In this document: positions 36,241 to 47,975 of the stretch, in pieces
Layout: every line of letters starts with the position of its first letter
Position numbering within the stretch: position 1 is the first letter of the stretch
Assembly: GCA_026770705.1 (NCBI GenBank)
Contig: JANJGN010000065.1
Location: forward strand, 1,922,001 to 1,986,000
From: Isurus oxyrinchus
Taxonomy: Eukaryota
Length of the DNA stretch: 64,000 bases
Reading direction: 5' to 3'
The notes under the pieces: generated by a model
Database searches by the model: none
What the model was told of the DNA's origin: nothing
What the model saw: the letters and a program-made list of their open reading frames with translations, nothing else
Made by a program: the position numbers and the translations under genes

Positions 36241-39200
36241 CCAGATCTACCAACCCCTCCAATCCCCTCATGTCCCTACCTGTCATAAGCCTATAAGGAG
36301 TGTATCCTGTTGAAGCCATGGTATTCCTGATTATTATCAGCACATAGGGCAGAACAAACTGCCGGTTTGTCTTGTGCTGCTGCACCATTTTGGCTATCAT
36401 GTTTTTCAATGTCCGATTCAGAATTTCCACAATTCCACTAGACTGTGGTCTATAGGGTATGTGGAATCTCTGCCTGATCCCAAAAAAATTCATAACATCG
36501 TGCATTACTTGGGCTGTAAAACATGTTCCCTGATGCAATTCTCTGCCTCCAGGTAAACCCCAGCATGTAAACACCTTCCCTAAAAAAAAAAAAATTGCAC
36601 TAATTTTGGCTGTGTTTGTTCTGTTCGGAAAAGCTTCCACCTGTTTAGTGAAGGTATCAAATAATACTAGAATATCCTTGTAGTCCTCTGTTGTGGGGGA
36701 AGGGATCCTACATAGTCTATCTGTAACTTAGTCCAAGGCCCTTCTACTGGTCTATTATGTTGGAGGCCCCTTTCCTAAAATTTCTATCGGGGTTGTGTTG
36801 TGCACCGATCAACAATTCTTGACATAGTGGTGCACACCACCTTTCATTCCTGGCCACCAGCATACCTCCTTTATCGAATACAGGGTGCTCTCCATTCCTT
36901 TATGTCCCGATACGTCATGGTACTGGTGGATAATTTGCTTTCGCCCCTCCTCTGGTGCCCCAAATTTCCACTCACGTAAAACCACTCAATTTTGAATATA
37001 GACCCCCTCGTGCCTTTTAAATATGTCTGACTGTGCTCCTTCTATAATTTTTTTCAATTCTCCGTCTTTCTTTTGCTCATCCATTAAATCCACTACTTTA
37101 ACCTGCTTCTCTTTCTGGCCCCCGATTTCCAAAATCTGTGGCTACCATTCCTGTCCACTTACAGCACCTCGTTTGGCTAGGTCATCAGCTTTCCTGTTCC
37201 CATCGGGAGATAATTTTGAATGAGCTTTAACTTTTTTGACCACAAATTCTTTCCCTTGTGCTTCTTGAAAGATGTATTTTAATAGCGGGGAGGAAGGAAG
37301 AGGCCTTCCATCTGCAGAGACAAAATCTTTTGCATCCAATAGGGGCAAATGTTCTGTGAGGCTATTACAGACAGACATGTCATCAAAATATATGACTGAT
37401 CTAGGCGGAAATATTCCGGGTGTCAAACCACATATGCAATGGCTGCTAGTTCTGCTCCCTGCACACTCATGGTTTTATGGATATTTCAAAGCCGCACTAA
37501 ATCTTTCCTGTCCGTTTTCATACTCTATGGATATCCCACAGAAAGTTCTCCTTTCCCCATGCTGTACTGATGAAGAGCCATCCACCAGGATTTAAAATAG
37601 GGTTTTCCTTTCCTGATTGCTTTGTTTTTCTACTTTCAGGCCCAGTCCTACTCCCTCCCTTTTCTTCTGATACAAATGGGCCCTTGGAGTCATTTGCGTT
37701 CATCATTTGACATTCCTATTTTTCTCCATGATAAAGTAAGTTATCTCTTAACATGATAATGTTTTATCCCCCTTTATGGTTATATTTCTCCCGTGCAACA
37801 TTATCCATCCAGGGATTCTATTTGTCTGACTGTACCATTCTTAATCGTTCCGTAATTCAGTAGCTGTACAGGAATGTGTTCTGTAAATGTTGTAATTGTT
37901 TTATTCCCACTATAAAGGTAAAATGCTGCACTGCCCAAAATTCAGTTAGCAAGTGTTTTGCGCATATCGTATACCCCTGCTGTACTGGTGAGAGCATATG
38001 TGAGGCATACGCTATGGGTCGTACGTTTCCATGTGTCTCCTGTAATAGAATTGCTGAAAGGGTGGTGTCTGTGATAGCCACCCCAAATGAAAATGGCTCA
38101 GTTGGATTTGGGGTTTTCAGAGCTGACACAGCAGCTAATGCTTGCTTTAGAGAGTTCATGGCCTGGGTTTGTAATGTTTTCCACTCACAAGTCAAATTCT
38201 TTTTTAATAATTCCATTAGCGGTGCTGCTTTTTTGGTGAATCCATCTATGTGGTCCCTACAATTTCACACCAAATCTAAGAAGGACGTTAACCCTTTTAC
38301 GTCTTGTAACATTGAGTCTGCCAACTGTGTTCATCCTACGCTTGTCAATGTCCCTCTTCCCCAGTGTCACAATCATTGCCAAGTGAGTAACTTATTGTTT
38401 CATGATCTGCGCTTGTTTAGGGTTGATCTTTAATCCCAAGTCATTTAACTGCAGTAATTCACTTAGTCGTTGATTATGTTGCTTTTTGGTTTCAATTTGT
38501 AGGGGTACGTCTCTACATACTGCACTAGAAATTCAGGCCTCGAGAATCCTTTTAACCCTTCCCTTACACGTTGGTGAAATATGGACAGGGAATTCTGAAA
38601 TCCCTGTGGCAGGGTGGTCCATGTATATTGCTTTCCATGGAAAGTAAAAACGAATTTATATTGACATACTTTCTCCCGTGGACTAGACCAAAAACCGTTA
38701 CTTATGCCAAAACTGTGAACCATTGCCATTCTCATTTTGTCGAACTACTGTCTCTGGGCTAGTTGCTACAGTAGGGGTGTTAAAGGGGTCACTTCCCTTA
38801 ATTCTCTGTAGTCTATCGTTAGTCGTCAGCTGCTGTTGGTTTTTCTCACCGGCCATATATGTGCATTGTTAGTAGAAGCTATTGGTCTTAATATCCCTTG
38901 CTGCAGCAGATTCTGTATCACCTTTCCTATCCCTTATTCTGCTTCTTTTGGTAAACCGTACTGCTTTTGTGGTTTGGAGTCTGGACCTTGTATGCACACA
39001 CGTCTGGTCATTTTCCCACAATCATGCTTTAGTCGGACGATTAATATTGAGTTTTGTGCAATAATTTGTTTTACATGAGGATCGTCACTCATTTCTCCTG
39101 GTTCTATCCACGTTTCCCCGATCGTGCATATCCTATCCTGATATTTTCCTACCCAGTGAGTGTGTGATTTATACTGCCTTTGTCCAAAGGCATTTGTTAA

Positions 39201-39560
39201 ATCATACAGTTAACTAGGTCAAAGCAGAATCCTGCTTTGACCATACAGTCGCTCCCTGAAAGATGTTCTAGTTCTCTGGGTAATTTGATAAGAGCCACTG
39301 AATGTTCTATCAATATGTCTCCCACACCGACATCCAACTCACATATCCTACTTGTGAATGTCCTGTGAACCGGCTTAGAAAAATGTTGTTTTTAATTTTC
39401 CAATCTATGTCATTGATCTGACTGGTGCTGAAGGAGGTGTGGGATCCCCCTGTGTCCCAAAGTAGTTTAATAGGCCGGCGTCCAACCCTACCATTCACTA
39501 GGGGTCTTCCCGTGTCATCCCACTGCATATCACACACCCATTATGGAGAGTCCTGAGACC
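36240..39560 (-). pseudogene. pol: pro-pol of the retrovirus-like element (PR-RT-tether-RNase H-IN)
   Basis: IKLLWDTGGSHTSF; ISNGFWS...KFVFTFHGKQYTWTTLPQGFQNSLSIFHQ...LVQYV(E/D); LKQALAAVSALKTPNPTEPF...RPIAYASH; LVDGSSSV...VKKVKAHSKLSPDGNRKADDLAKRGA; HDVSGHKG...WWPGM; YRPQSSGIVEILNRTLK. Confidence 0.85.
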
Positions 39561-39561
39561 G

Positions 39562-41350
39562 TCATTGCAGTTCGGGGTACAACTCAGAACTCGCTGGTAT
39601 TTCTATCATATCACACTGCGGACTTGCTCTATTCGGTCCATCCACGGGTAGGCTCCAGTTTCCTCCCTGACCTGAATTTTCTCGTCTCCAGTTTGGGCAG
39701 TCGCTTGAGAAGTTTCCCTCTCGGCCACAGTTATACCATCTGGACACCTAGCCCTGATTTCTCCCCGTCCCCGAGAAGTTTCCTTTTCCTCTGCCTCTAC
39801 CCAATGTCTGATAGGCTGGAGCGGGGTCCCTCTGAGGAGGTCCCCTCCCTTCATTTCTCCAGGTTGTCAGCTGATTCTTAACAAGCATTGCTCTGTCCCT
39901 GGATGTCTTGAGTAGTTTTGGTGTTTCCCTTTCCCATACTCCAACTATCTTTTTAATTATCCAGTGCTCTCTATGTGCGTCATATGTGGAATCAAACTGA
40001 TCCAATGCTTTCCTCGACTCCTCAGTGCCTTGCAACACGAGCATACTCTGCCATCAGTTCCTAAGCTCCAGCTGTAAATTATCCTTATCTAGCCCAGTGG
40101 CATTGACCAATTAAAATACCACCCAAATGCGAGCCAAACTGTGGTGGTGTATTCACCTTTTCTTTGATAGCATTTCATCAGCGCCTACACTGGGACCCCT
40201 CTGTTATCGTCCATGACAGGTAAAACCTGCTTCTTTGAGGCCTCATTTGTGCCTCTACCAAGTTTTTGCTCCTCCGGTAGGGCAGAGTATATATGTGGGT
40301 GTAGGCACATTAGAAGTAATTTTTCCTCATCATCGTCTAAGCCGTGTACCCCTCCCTGTTGCCTGACTGCGAGGAACCACTCGCTCGGATCATCCCTGGG
40401 TGCACACGTCCCTATATCTTTTGCAATATCCCTCAGTGCTTTTATCCCAAGTGGGCTGGAATATGTCATATTGGGCCCGGCTTGACCCTGGCCATCAGCC
40501 CTACCTTTGCTCTAGTGGTTACAAGGTGGGCCATTGGGGCAGACAGTTTTTCCGGATCTGGTTTATATGCCGGTGGTGGATCCTCTGGTGGAGTTTTCTC
40601 GTCACCCCCGTTGTATCTATCCGCCCCGCCTGCTAAATCATCCCAATCTATATCCCCTTGACATTTTTCTTCACTTCTTCCGGGTGTAAAAGCACACTGT
40701 ATGCCCCTCTGTGCAGGTGGCTGATCTTGCAGCCTCACTATTAGTTTCTGACACTTTGTGTGATCACAGGTAGTGCTCCTCTTTTCCTGAGCTGCTCTGT
40801 GAATCACATTCATAGCACTTTTAAAATCACTACGTTGTTGTTTCCAACCCTCCTCCTCAGCATTAGCTGTTTGGGCTTCTCCCTCTCTCTTACTCTTTTT
40901 TATCAGCCAATTTTTCGAACTGTAACTGATATCGGTTCATGTGCAACAGATCCACACTTCTCTGCTGTTTTAAATCAGTAACCTTCTCACTAAGGCACTT
41001 CTCACTAAACTCCTCATGGAGTTTCTTATTTTCTTCCTCTAGTTCGTCTTCCTCTCTCCTAGCCTGCTTTTAGAATTCTATCCATTCCTGAAATAAACAT
41101 CCAATCGCTACGGACTTCGGTACCTGTTTTAAATTTCTTATCTGACATCTTTGTTTGTGCAATTCTCCAAAGGGCCTCTATAGCGGGATTTCCCTTGTGA
41201 CCAATGTGACTTACATTTTCCGTGTAATGCGGCCACTCCCCTATTACGTATTTATGAAGAATTCCCTTCCAGTCAAAACAGATATTCCCTTTGATTCGTC
41301 ATCTTATGTTAACAGCTATGAATTAACCCAAACTCCTGTTATGCCTATAC
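39562..41350 (-). pseudogene. gag: gag of the retrovirus-like element
   Basis: Fragments include a coiled-coil region, CDHTKCQKLIVRLQ, PPEDPPPAYK (PPxY at 40565-40579), capsid-like LRDIAKDIGTCAPRDDPSEWFLAVRQQGGVHGLDDDEEKLLLMCL, and a degenerate zinc knuckle WYNCGREGNFSSDC. Ends with TGA at 39562-39564. Confidence 0.75.
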
Positions 41351-41396
41351 TTTGCCAAATTGGTTCGCCTGAGTCTCCCGGTAACTGAACTCAGAG

Positions 41397-41414
41397 ACTT
41401 ACACAGGGACACCA
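41397..41414 (-). promoter_or_regulatory. Primer-binding site, tRNA-Asn-like
   Basis: Minus strand TGGTGTCCCTGTGTAAGT, 4 nt after the LTR end. It resembles the complement of the vertebrate tRNA-Asn 3' end (TGGCGTCCCTGGGTGGGC). Confidence 0.55.
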
Positions 41415-41418
41415 AACA

Positions 41419-42205
41419 TGTTGCAGGAGGTCACCGGTAATGGTTAATGGCTTAGTACACAGAGGAGTAGCGCAAATTCTCTCTTAACTTTAAACGCGCT
41501 TATTCACGTCTTTAGATCATCTACACACAATTCATACATCTGTTTAACTATAGGCATACAGTTTACAGCAGGTTATACAGTTTTATACCAGAACTAGGAT
41601 CTAAACACTCATACACTAGGTTTCTCTGACACTCCCTGAGTGGTCACAGAATATAAAAGTTAGTATCCGAAAAGGAGAGCTGATGCTGGCCAGGCATTCC
41701 CTTCTCTCTCCGGTGCGTCTCTACATTGCGGATGTAGTTTCCCTCGCTTCTGCGATGGTTGGTCTCCAGAGTCTCGCTGCCCGATGCCCGAAGTCCTCTC
41801 AGTGTTACACTGAATTGTATATCTTCAAGTTGTTCTGTCTCTCTTCCCGTTGGTTTTGGTCTGCTTTTCTGATCATTGGCATCTTCCCTATTGGCTGTTC
41901 CAAGACTTGAAGGATCATCTCGTTTCTCTGTTTCTAAATATGGACGCATCACGTTTCCATTGTCTTGAAGAAACTCAGCTTCTTTGACAGCGGTTCTAAC
42001 CAGTTCGGACCCAGTGACTGGAGTCAGGTTTGAAAAGTTACTCAGGCCAGCAACTGGACTCAAGTTACTTCAGTTCAAAAGTTGCTTTTGCCTGTGTCTG
42101 GCAGTTCAGCTGCAGCCAGTGGCCAACATGTGCAACGATAGAGCTGGATCGCAAATGCGGTTGATGCTTATAGAAGTTGAGCAACCTGTATAATTATTTC
42201 CAACA
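41419..42205 (-). repeat. 5' LTR of the retrovirus-like element
   Basis: Terminal inverted TGTTG...CAACA, adjacent PBS, and a TATA-like GGTATAAAA on minus at about 41581-41589. Confidence 0.7.
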
Positions 42206-42209
42206 GAGC

Positions 42210-45100
42210 TGTTACAGTAGGAACATCCTGTATTCTTTCCCGATTGTGTTGTAACGCGGTCAAAATCTTACTGGGAAGAGCGAGTCGCACACAAAGGGCA
42301 TGCAGTTCAAAAGCTAAAAGATGTCCAAATCGAATTAGTTGACACTGTATTTGATATCATTTTTCTGGTGGAAAGAAGGCAGGACCGTTCAACAGAAGTG
42401 TTTAACTCAACGAAGTTAGTGAAGTTACAGAATAAGGGATTTACAAATAAAGGAGTTATATCAGAAAGCCTATGCAGAAAGAGACGCAAACTGTACTCCA
42501 ATATGTTATTATCTTTAGGGAGATATCTAAATGTAAAAGCAGAAGTCGGATCATTTCTTAGCAAATGAAGACTGCATTGAAGTTCATCAGGTTATCATCC
42601 CAGTTGGGTAAAAGAAAACGAAATTCTGAGGAATGTCACCAAATTCGAATGTGTGGAAATTTTGGAACTAGGAAAACACAGGGAACGAACCATTGCCTTT
42701 ACATTTTTGCCCAGTTTACATAGGGATGTATTAAAATTCTGTAGAACCTGTCATAAATGTCAAGCAGTGATTAATGCCGTGCGTTTAATCCCTATACCAC
42801 CGTTTGAATAACCTTTTACATGGGCTACAATTGATTGTGTAGGACCCTGTTCTAAGTTCAAAAGTGGAAATCAGTATTTTCTGACAATAATCAATGTACC
42901 TACCAGATTTCCTGAAACGATTGTGAAATATTTCAACTCAGAGGATTGTGGAGGACTATTTATTTTTGCATGTTATGGTGTAGGGTGTAGGTAAAAAAAA
43001 GCGTTCAGATAAGTCTTCAAATTTCATTTCGCAGCTTTTTCGAGAAAAAAATGAACAATTTGGGGATTCAACAGTTTAAGTCAACAGTTTATCTTCCGGG
43101 ATCACGGGGAACTTTTGAGAGATGGCTTCAAACTCTAAAGACAATGAGAACGGCATATTGTGAGAATTATCCACAGGATTGGAATGCAGGAATTCCATTC
43201 CTTTTATTTGCTATTAGAGACGCTCCAAATGCATCGACCGGTTTCAGCCCTTTTTAACTAATGTATGCCTCTGAGGTAAGGGGCAACTGAAGCTGATTCA
43301 TGAAAAATTGATGGGTGAAGTACAAAAGATATTTTTCTGGATTACATAAGATTTCAGGGAAAGATTGAACAGAGCATGTGAGTTGGCGAGGAAACATTTG
43401 AACATATCACAGCAATTGACGAAAGTGAAGGCCAATAAGCAGGCTAAACCACGCAGTTTTTCTTCTGGAGAGAAAGTGCTGGTTCAGTTACAACTGCGAA
43501 CTGATTCATTAAATGGACGATTTACTGGGCCTTACAGGATCGGAAACAAATTGATTGAAGGAAATTATTTAATACATACTCCAGATATAACCAAAAAGCA
43601 GAGGGTCGGACACGAAAATATGCTTCAAACGTGCTTTCATGGGGAAGAGGAACAAAAAGAGCTATTTTTGAGGTGACTGAAGAAGAACAATTAGAACTGC
43701 AGGTCTCTGCAATTAAATTTCCTCTAATCGAATTGGAAAATGAGGGTTTGCTTGAAAGTTTTAATGAACTATTTAGTTACGTTCCAAACAAGTGTCAAAG
43801 TGGTTTCGAAATTATTTTGCAGTAACAGATGTGTATTTGTGGAAACAAGTTGGGAAACATGCATTTTGCTATATTTAATGCCTCAGTGCAAGTTCTTTCT
43901 TCAATCAGGCAACATCCTTATAGATTAAACCCGGCAAAGTTATCCCAAATACAAAAAAATATCTTACTTTTGTCCTTCAAAGCTATATATGTGAGTCTAA
44001 TTGCACAAAATGGAGTGCACCTAATCCATTGGTACAGAACCCACTTGGAGAACTATGACTCTCTCTGGACTATGGAGAGATGAATGTGATGACAAAAACG
44101 GATTCATGTCCTACACGACGGTTGGAAGATTGTATTAAGAAAGTAGGGCAATCGAAATTTATCACCCAGCTTGGCTTGCTAAAGGAAAGTGGCAGCAACC
44201 TTTGTCAGAGAGAGCAGTAGGGATATGAGCCTTTGTAACACCAAGTGAACTACACCAGTTTAAAGTCATGCCATTTGTTATGAAGTATACACACGTGACA
44301 TTTTAAAGAATGACAAACAAATTAATTGCGGGTCTAAGCAATTGTGTTGCTTTTATTGATGATCTAAACGCTTGTACTTAGAACATTTACCCCCTCTGGA
44401 AAACATATTTACTCGAATATAAGAAGCTCATTTGGCGTTGAACTCGGCTAAAAGTGATTTTGCAAAAGTGCAGGTTAAGCATCCAGGACAAATCATTGGA
44501 AATTTTAAGGTTGCTCTCAGGTAATGTGAACGTCAAGGATATCGTGGATTTCCCAGTACCTCCGACAAAACAAGAATTTATGATATCTCTGGGCATGAGT
44601 GGGTTTTACGGTAAATTTATGCCAAATTTTAGCCGATTGGTTGCTCCACTGGCTGAATTATCATAAATGAACAGGAAGTTTCAATGGACATTGGTGTGTC
44701 AGAAGTCATTGAGTAGTTCGAAAGCTACGTGTTAACTATGACACCAATTTTGGAAGTACCCAATTATGCCACTTTATGTTCGCCATTGCTGCAAGCGATA
44801 TAGGCACTATGGATGTACGGTTACAATTTTATAACATTGGAATTGTAAAATCGATAGGATATTTTTTCACAGAAGCTGGACGTGCAACATAGCCGATAGT
44901 CAACGATAGAAATTGAGTTCAATAATGCTGGCAACGCAGCATTTTGAAATTTATGTTGCAAGCAATTCATTGGAAACAATTATTTATCTGGACCACAATC
45001 CCATGAAGATTTGGACAAATTTTGTGATAAAAGTGCAAGACCTTGTACGAAGAGATTATTATTACAACCATTTATTCTACGGATTATACATGTGGAGGAC
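42210..45100 (+). pseudogene. pol: pol of the Gmr1-like element (integrase, then RT, then RNase H)
   Basis: IN: DVLKFCRTCHKCQ, IDCVGP...GNQYFLTII, GTFERWLQTLKTM...GIPFLLFAIR...TGFSPF, RFTGPYRI. RT: IRQHPYRLNP, AFVTP..HQFKVMPF, AFIDDL. RNase H: FPVPPTKQEFMISLGMSGFYGKFMPNFSRLVAPL, IYLDHNPM. Confidence 0.88.
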
Positions 45101-45294
45101 CTGCGTTTTAATCTTAAAGGAAAACTGTGGATTTTCAAAAACATGGTCATTGCAATGGAACGATGCCTTATTTTAATGCATGCGTCTGGTAATTTAATAG
45201 GCTAATAAGTATGGGACATAGTGTGAGATGGTTTATAAAAAAATGGAAACTTCCTTTAGGATGCTGACTGTTCATTTTTCGATAGGAATGGGGA

Positions 45295-46046
45295 TGTCAG
45301 GAAGTGATATTCATGCAGATAAAAATATTGAAAATTTTCTTTGTTAGTAGATGTTTGGCCTATGCGAATTTTAACTGGATTAAAAACAGCTCGTCTAGGT
45401 ACTTTTATGTATAGTAATTTTGCGCCGTAATTAGAGGTAGAGTGTTCATTTAGATTTTGTTGAATGGAGCATTCAGGAATGGGTGTGTATTCTTGCATGC
45501 AGCTAGGAGATGCCAAGCAATGCTTATGTTATTAATAAAGCTAATACAATGATAGGGGATCAAAGGACCTGGTGAATCAATGCAAATTTACATTCAAAAG
45601 GAAAGGATCGTTATTAGAGAAGGGTATCTGTGTGCTTTGCAGAGACATGTAAGATGAAAGCCTGTAAGCCTACAGAAATAATAAGCATTGCAAAAGAGCC
45701 AAATTGAAAGGATCGTCATTTTGATACAATAAGGTGAAAATGCTTTACCTGGTGTCTGGTTAAGTCTATTGGTTACAGGTGCCTTAGTGGAGATTAATTT
45801 GGGAATTTGTTAAGAAGTTGTGATAGTTGTAATTTGTAGACATATATATGTATTTCATAATCTGTTGTAAAGAAATAAATATATAACTAAGTTTGATATC
45901 CACACCTCTTGGGGCTTCGTGGGTTCATTTCCGAATTCAGAGATGCATATTCAACATACCAATTGAATGTATAGGTTATGGTAGTTGTATACATTTTACC
46001 TCTGGGGTTTCAAATAAAAGTATTAACCAACTGCTGCGTTATAACA
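45295..46046 (+). repeat. 3' LTR of the Gmr1-like element
   Basis: Preceded by a PPT; TGTCAGGAAG...ATAACA; collinear with the 5' LTR. Confidence 0.85.
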
Positions 46047-46566
46047 GTTGAACAATGGAATTAACCCGATTGGAAGCAATAGGCTTTTTTTTCGAAGATC
46101 ATAAAACCAACGGATCATGCATCATTAAAGTAGCTTGGATTTTTAGAACAACGGCAAATTGAGCTGCCAATAACAATAATAGTTAAACCTAACCTAGGTT
46201 GGAAAGGTTATTTTAAGCAGGACGGAATGCTATCTGCTTCTAGACCGACAGCCGCAGTTTATCTGTTCCAATATTGAGATTTCAACTTCTGGCAACATAT
46301 GACGTCGAATCGATCAAAATTGAAAGCGACAGGTAACCAAGCAGCACAGTCTGTGGCTGCAAGAAACAAGATGTAGCGCACACTGCACACGCGTAATTTT
46401 CAGGAAATTGAGCGGGACACAATAATCATTGATTCGGTTTAGCATAACCCCTGAAATAATGATGAGGGCTTCTGTTGGTGCCATGACCACAGCGTAGCAA
46501 GTATCGCTGGTGGAGAGGCGACACTTTCCATAGGACAAGATCACAATTGACGGAGATGGGCGGTTA
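46047..46566 (-). pseudogene. GPR139-like pseudogene, 5' part of exon 2 (TM1-TM5)
   Basis: Minus ORF VILSYGKCRLSTSDTCYAVVMAPTEALIIISGVMLNRINDYCVPLNFLKIT. After frameshifts: AATDCAAWLPVAFNFDRFDVICCQKLKSQY, PSYFNDA*SVGF, LPIGLIPLFN. Acceptor ttcttcag ends at 46567. Confidence 0.88.
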
Positions 46567-46724
46567 CTGAAGAATTCTTTCCGTTTCTGAGTCCAGGTAG
46601 ATTGGATTTTAGCAGCACGAATTTGGTAGCAAGTCAGTGGTTAGGCTTAACTCGACCGTGACTTCAGCCAGCATCCAAACCAGGTGTAACCAATATGTTT
46701 CTGAGCCAAGCAGCAGATTACTTC

Positions 46725-46786
46725 CAGGAGCCAGGTTGATATCTTAAATGTTGTTCATGAGTAAACAAAATGGGTATACTGGACAT
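46725..46786 (-). pseudogene. Candidate degenerate exon 1 of the GPR139-like pseudogene
   Basis: ATG at 46786; ends ...GGCTCCTG, matching the intact exon 1 end GCTCCTG, followed by GAAGTAA. Its 62-nt length is frameshifted and protein similarity is weak. Confidence 0.35.
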
Positions 46787-47849
46787 CGTTATGTGATCTC
46801 CGACAACTCTCAGTGTAAGGAGTCATCCCAGTTTGGGATCACAGCCTTCTGCAGGAAACTCACCATTCAGGTGTGAGCAATGCCCTCATACAAGAGACTC
46901 ACATTTGTCTCAAACCACTCCACGGAATTTGGGTACCGGAGCTAAAGATGTATCACATTATTATGTATAGAAGGGTATTTATGGAGTTGGTGCACATGCG
47001 TTTAGAAAGCAGGCATTCAATTCAACTGGAAGATCACTAAAAGAACTAAAACATATTTTTGTTTATAGAATGGAGGTAATAGCGAATTTCACACATATGT
47101 TAGGTTCTGGCCAATCATAACAGAATCACAACTCCATGTATCAGTTGCAGACATTCTGTCCAAAGGTAATACGGAAACAAACAGATTAGCATTGTGGAAA
47201 TTGTTATCCTGTGGATAAGAGAATGCTCATGGGCTATTGAATGGAGGCCATTAAATTAACAGAGGCTAATGAGGATAGGATAGTTGTGACATATGTGTGT
47301 GTGTCCAATTCTCATTCACCTCAATGCAGGACAGTCGGCAATAAATCCATGAAAATACTAAAAAGAGAATGATATACTTTAATGTCGTTGAGAATATGGA
47401 ATTGCGACCACTTGGAGTGGATGAGGTGATATTTACGATGAAGTGAATTGAGTATGAGGGAAACAGGAATCGAAGATTATACTGATAGTCTCCGATGACC
47501 TGCAGAAGAATAGGGTTTGTCTCCAGCAGGAAGATTGGCTGAGAGCCTCGTTACTGTGCTGTAAAACCTGCAATTGGGTATTAGCTAATTATAATCATAA
47601 TGGAAATATTATTCATTAATACATTATTCTAATTTCCCAGTGGCTCTTGGGACTGTGTATGGCGATGGAGATTATTCAGCACCCAGAATCATCGTCATCA
47701 GCTCTACTTTCAGCAAGTGTAATATGATGCCCCGCACTGAATACATTTATACAATGACAGGTCCCACAGGAAAAACATGGTCGTATTTGGCAGGTGCAGC
47801 ACTGCATTAAATGTCCACAAAGGCATTGTGGATTTTTTTTTCATCTGTT

Positions 47850-47975
47850 TCACGAATGTCCTTTAGGGAGGGAAATCTGCCTGCATGTGAACCCAGACCT
47901 CCACCAATGTGTTTGACCATTTAAGAAGGGGTGCACAATAAATGCTGGCCTAGCCAGCGACGCCCACACCCGATG
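47850..47975 (+). mobile_element. SINE 3' fragment (HE1-like)
   Basis: aatgtcctttagggagggaaatctgcc...caataaatgctggcctagccagcgacgcccac. Confidence 0.6.

Larger units (their letters stand above)
36240..42205 (-). mobile_element. Degenerate endogenous retrovirus-like provirus (spuma/loki-related type); env and 3' LTR missing
   Basis: LTR 41419-42205 (TGTTG...CAACA), PBS 41397-41414, gag about 39562-41350, protease LLWDTGG about 39430-39470, RT about 38200-38950, RNase H-like tether about 37857-38216, RNase H about 37150-37590, integrase about 36240-36950. Many stops and frameshifts. Confidence 0.85.
35185..46046 (+). mobile_element. Gmr1-like Ty3/Gypsy LTR retrotransposon (degenerate; INT-RT-RNaseH order), containing a nested provirus
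   Basis: 5' LTR 35185-35913 and 3' LTR 45295-46046, both TGTCAGGAAG...TAACA. PPT aggaatgggga at 45284-45294. Integrase at about 42580-43640 lies upstream of RT at about 43880-44480 and RNase H at about 44500-45100. The flanks are the two halves of one GPCR exon. Confidence 0.88.

Noticed and set aside
37876-38433. 185-aa plus-strand ORF
   Set aside because: Antisense shadow of the retroviral pol tether region; no independent motif.
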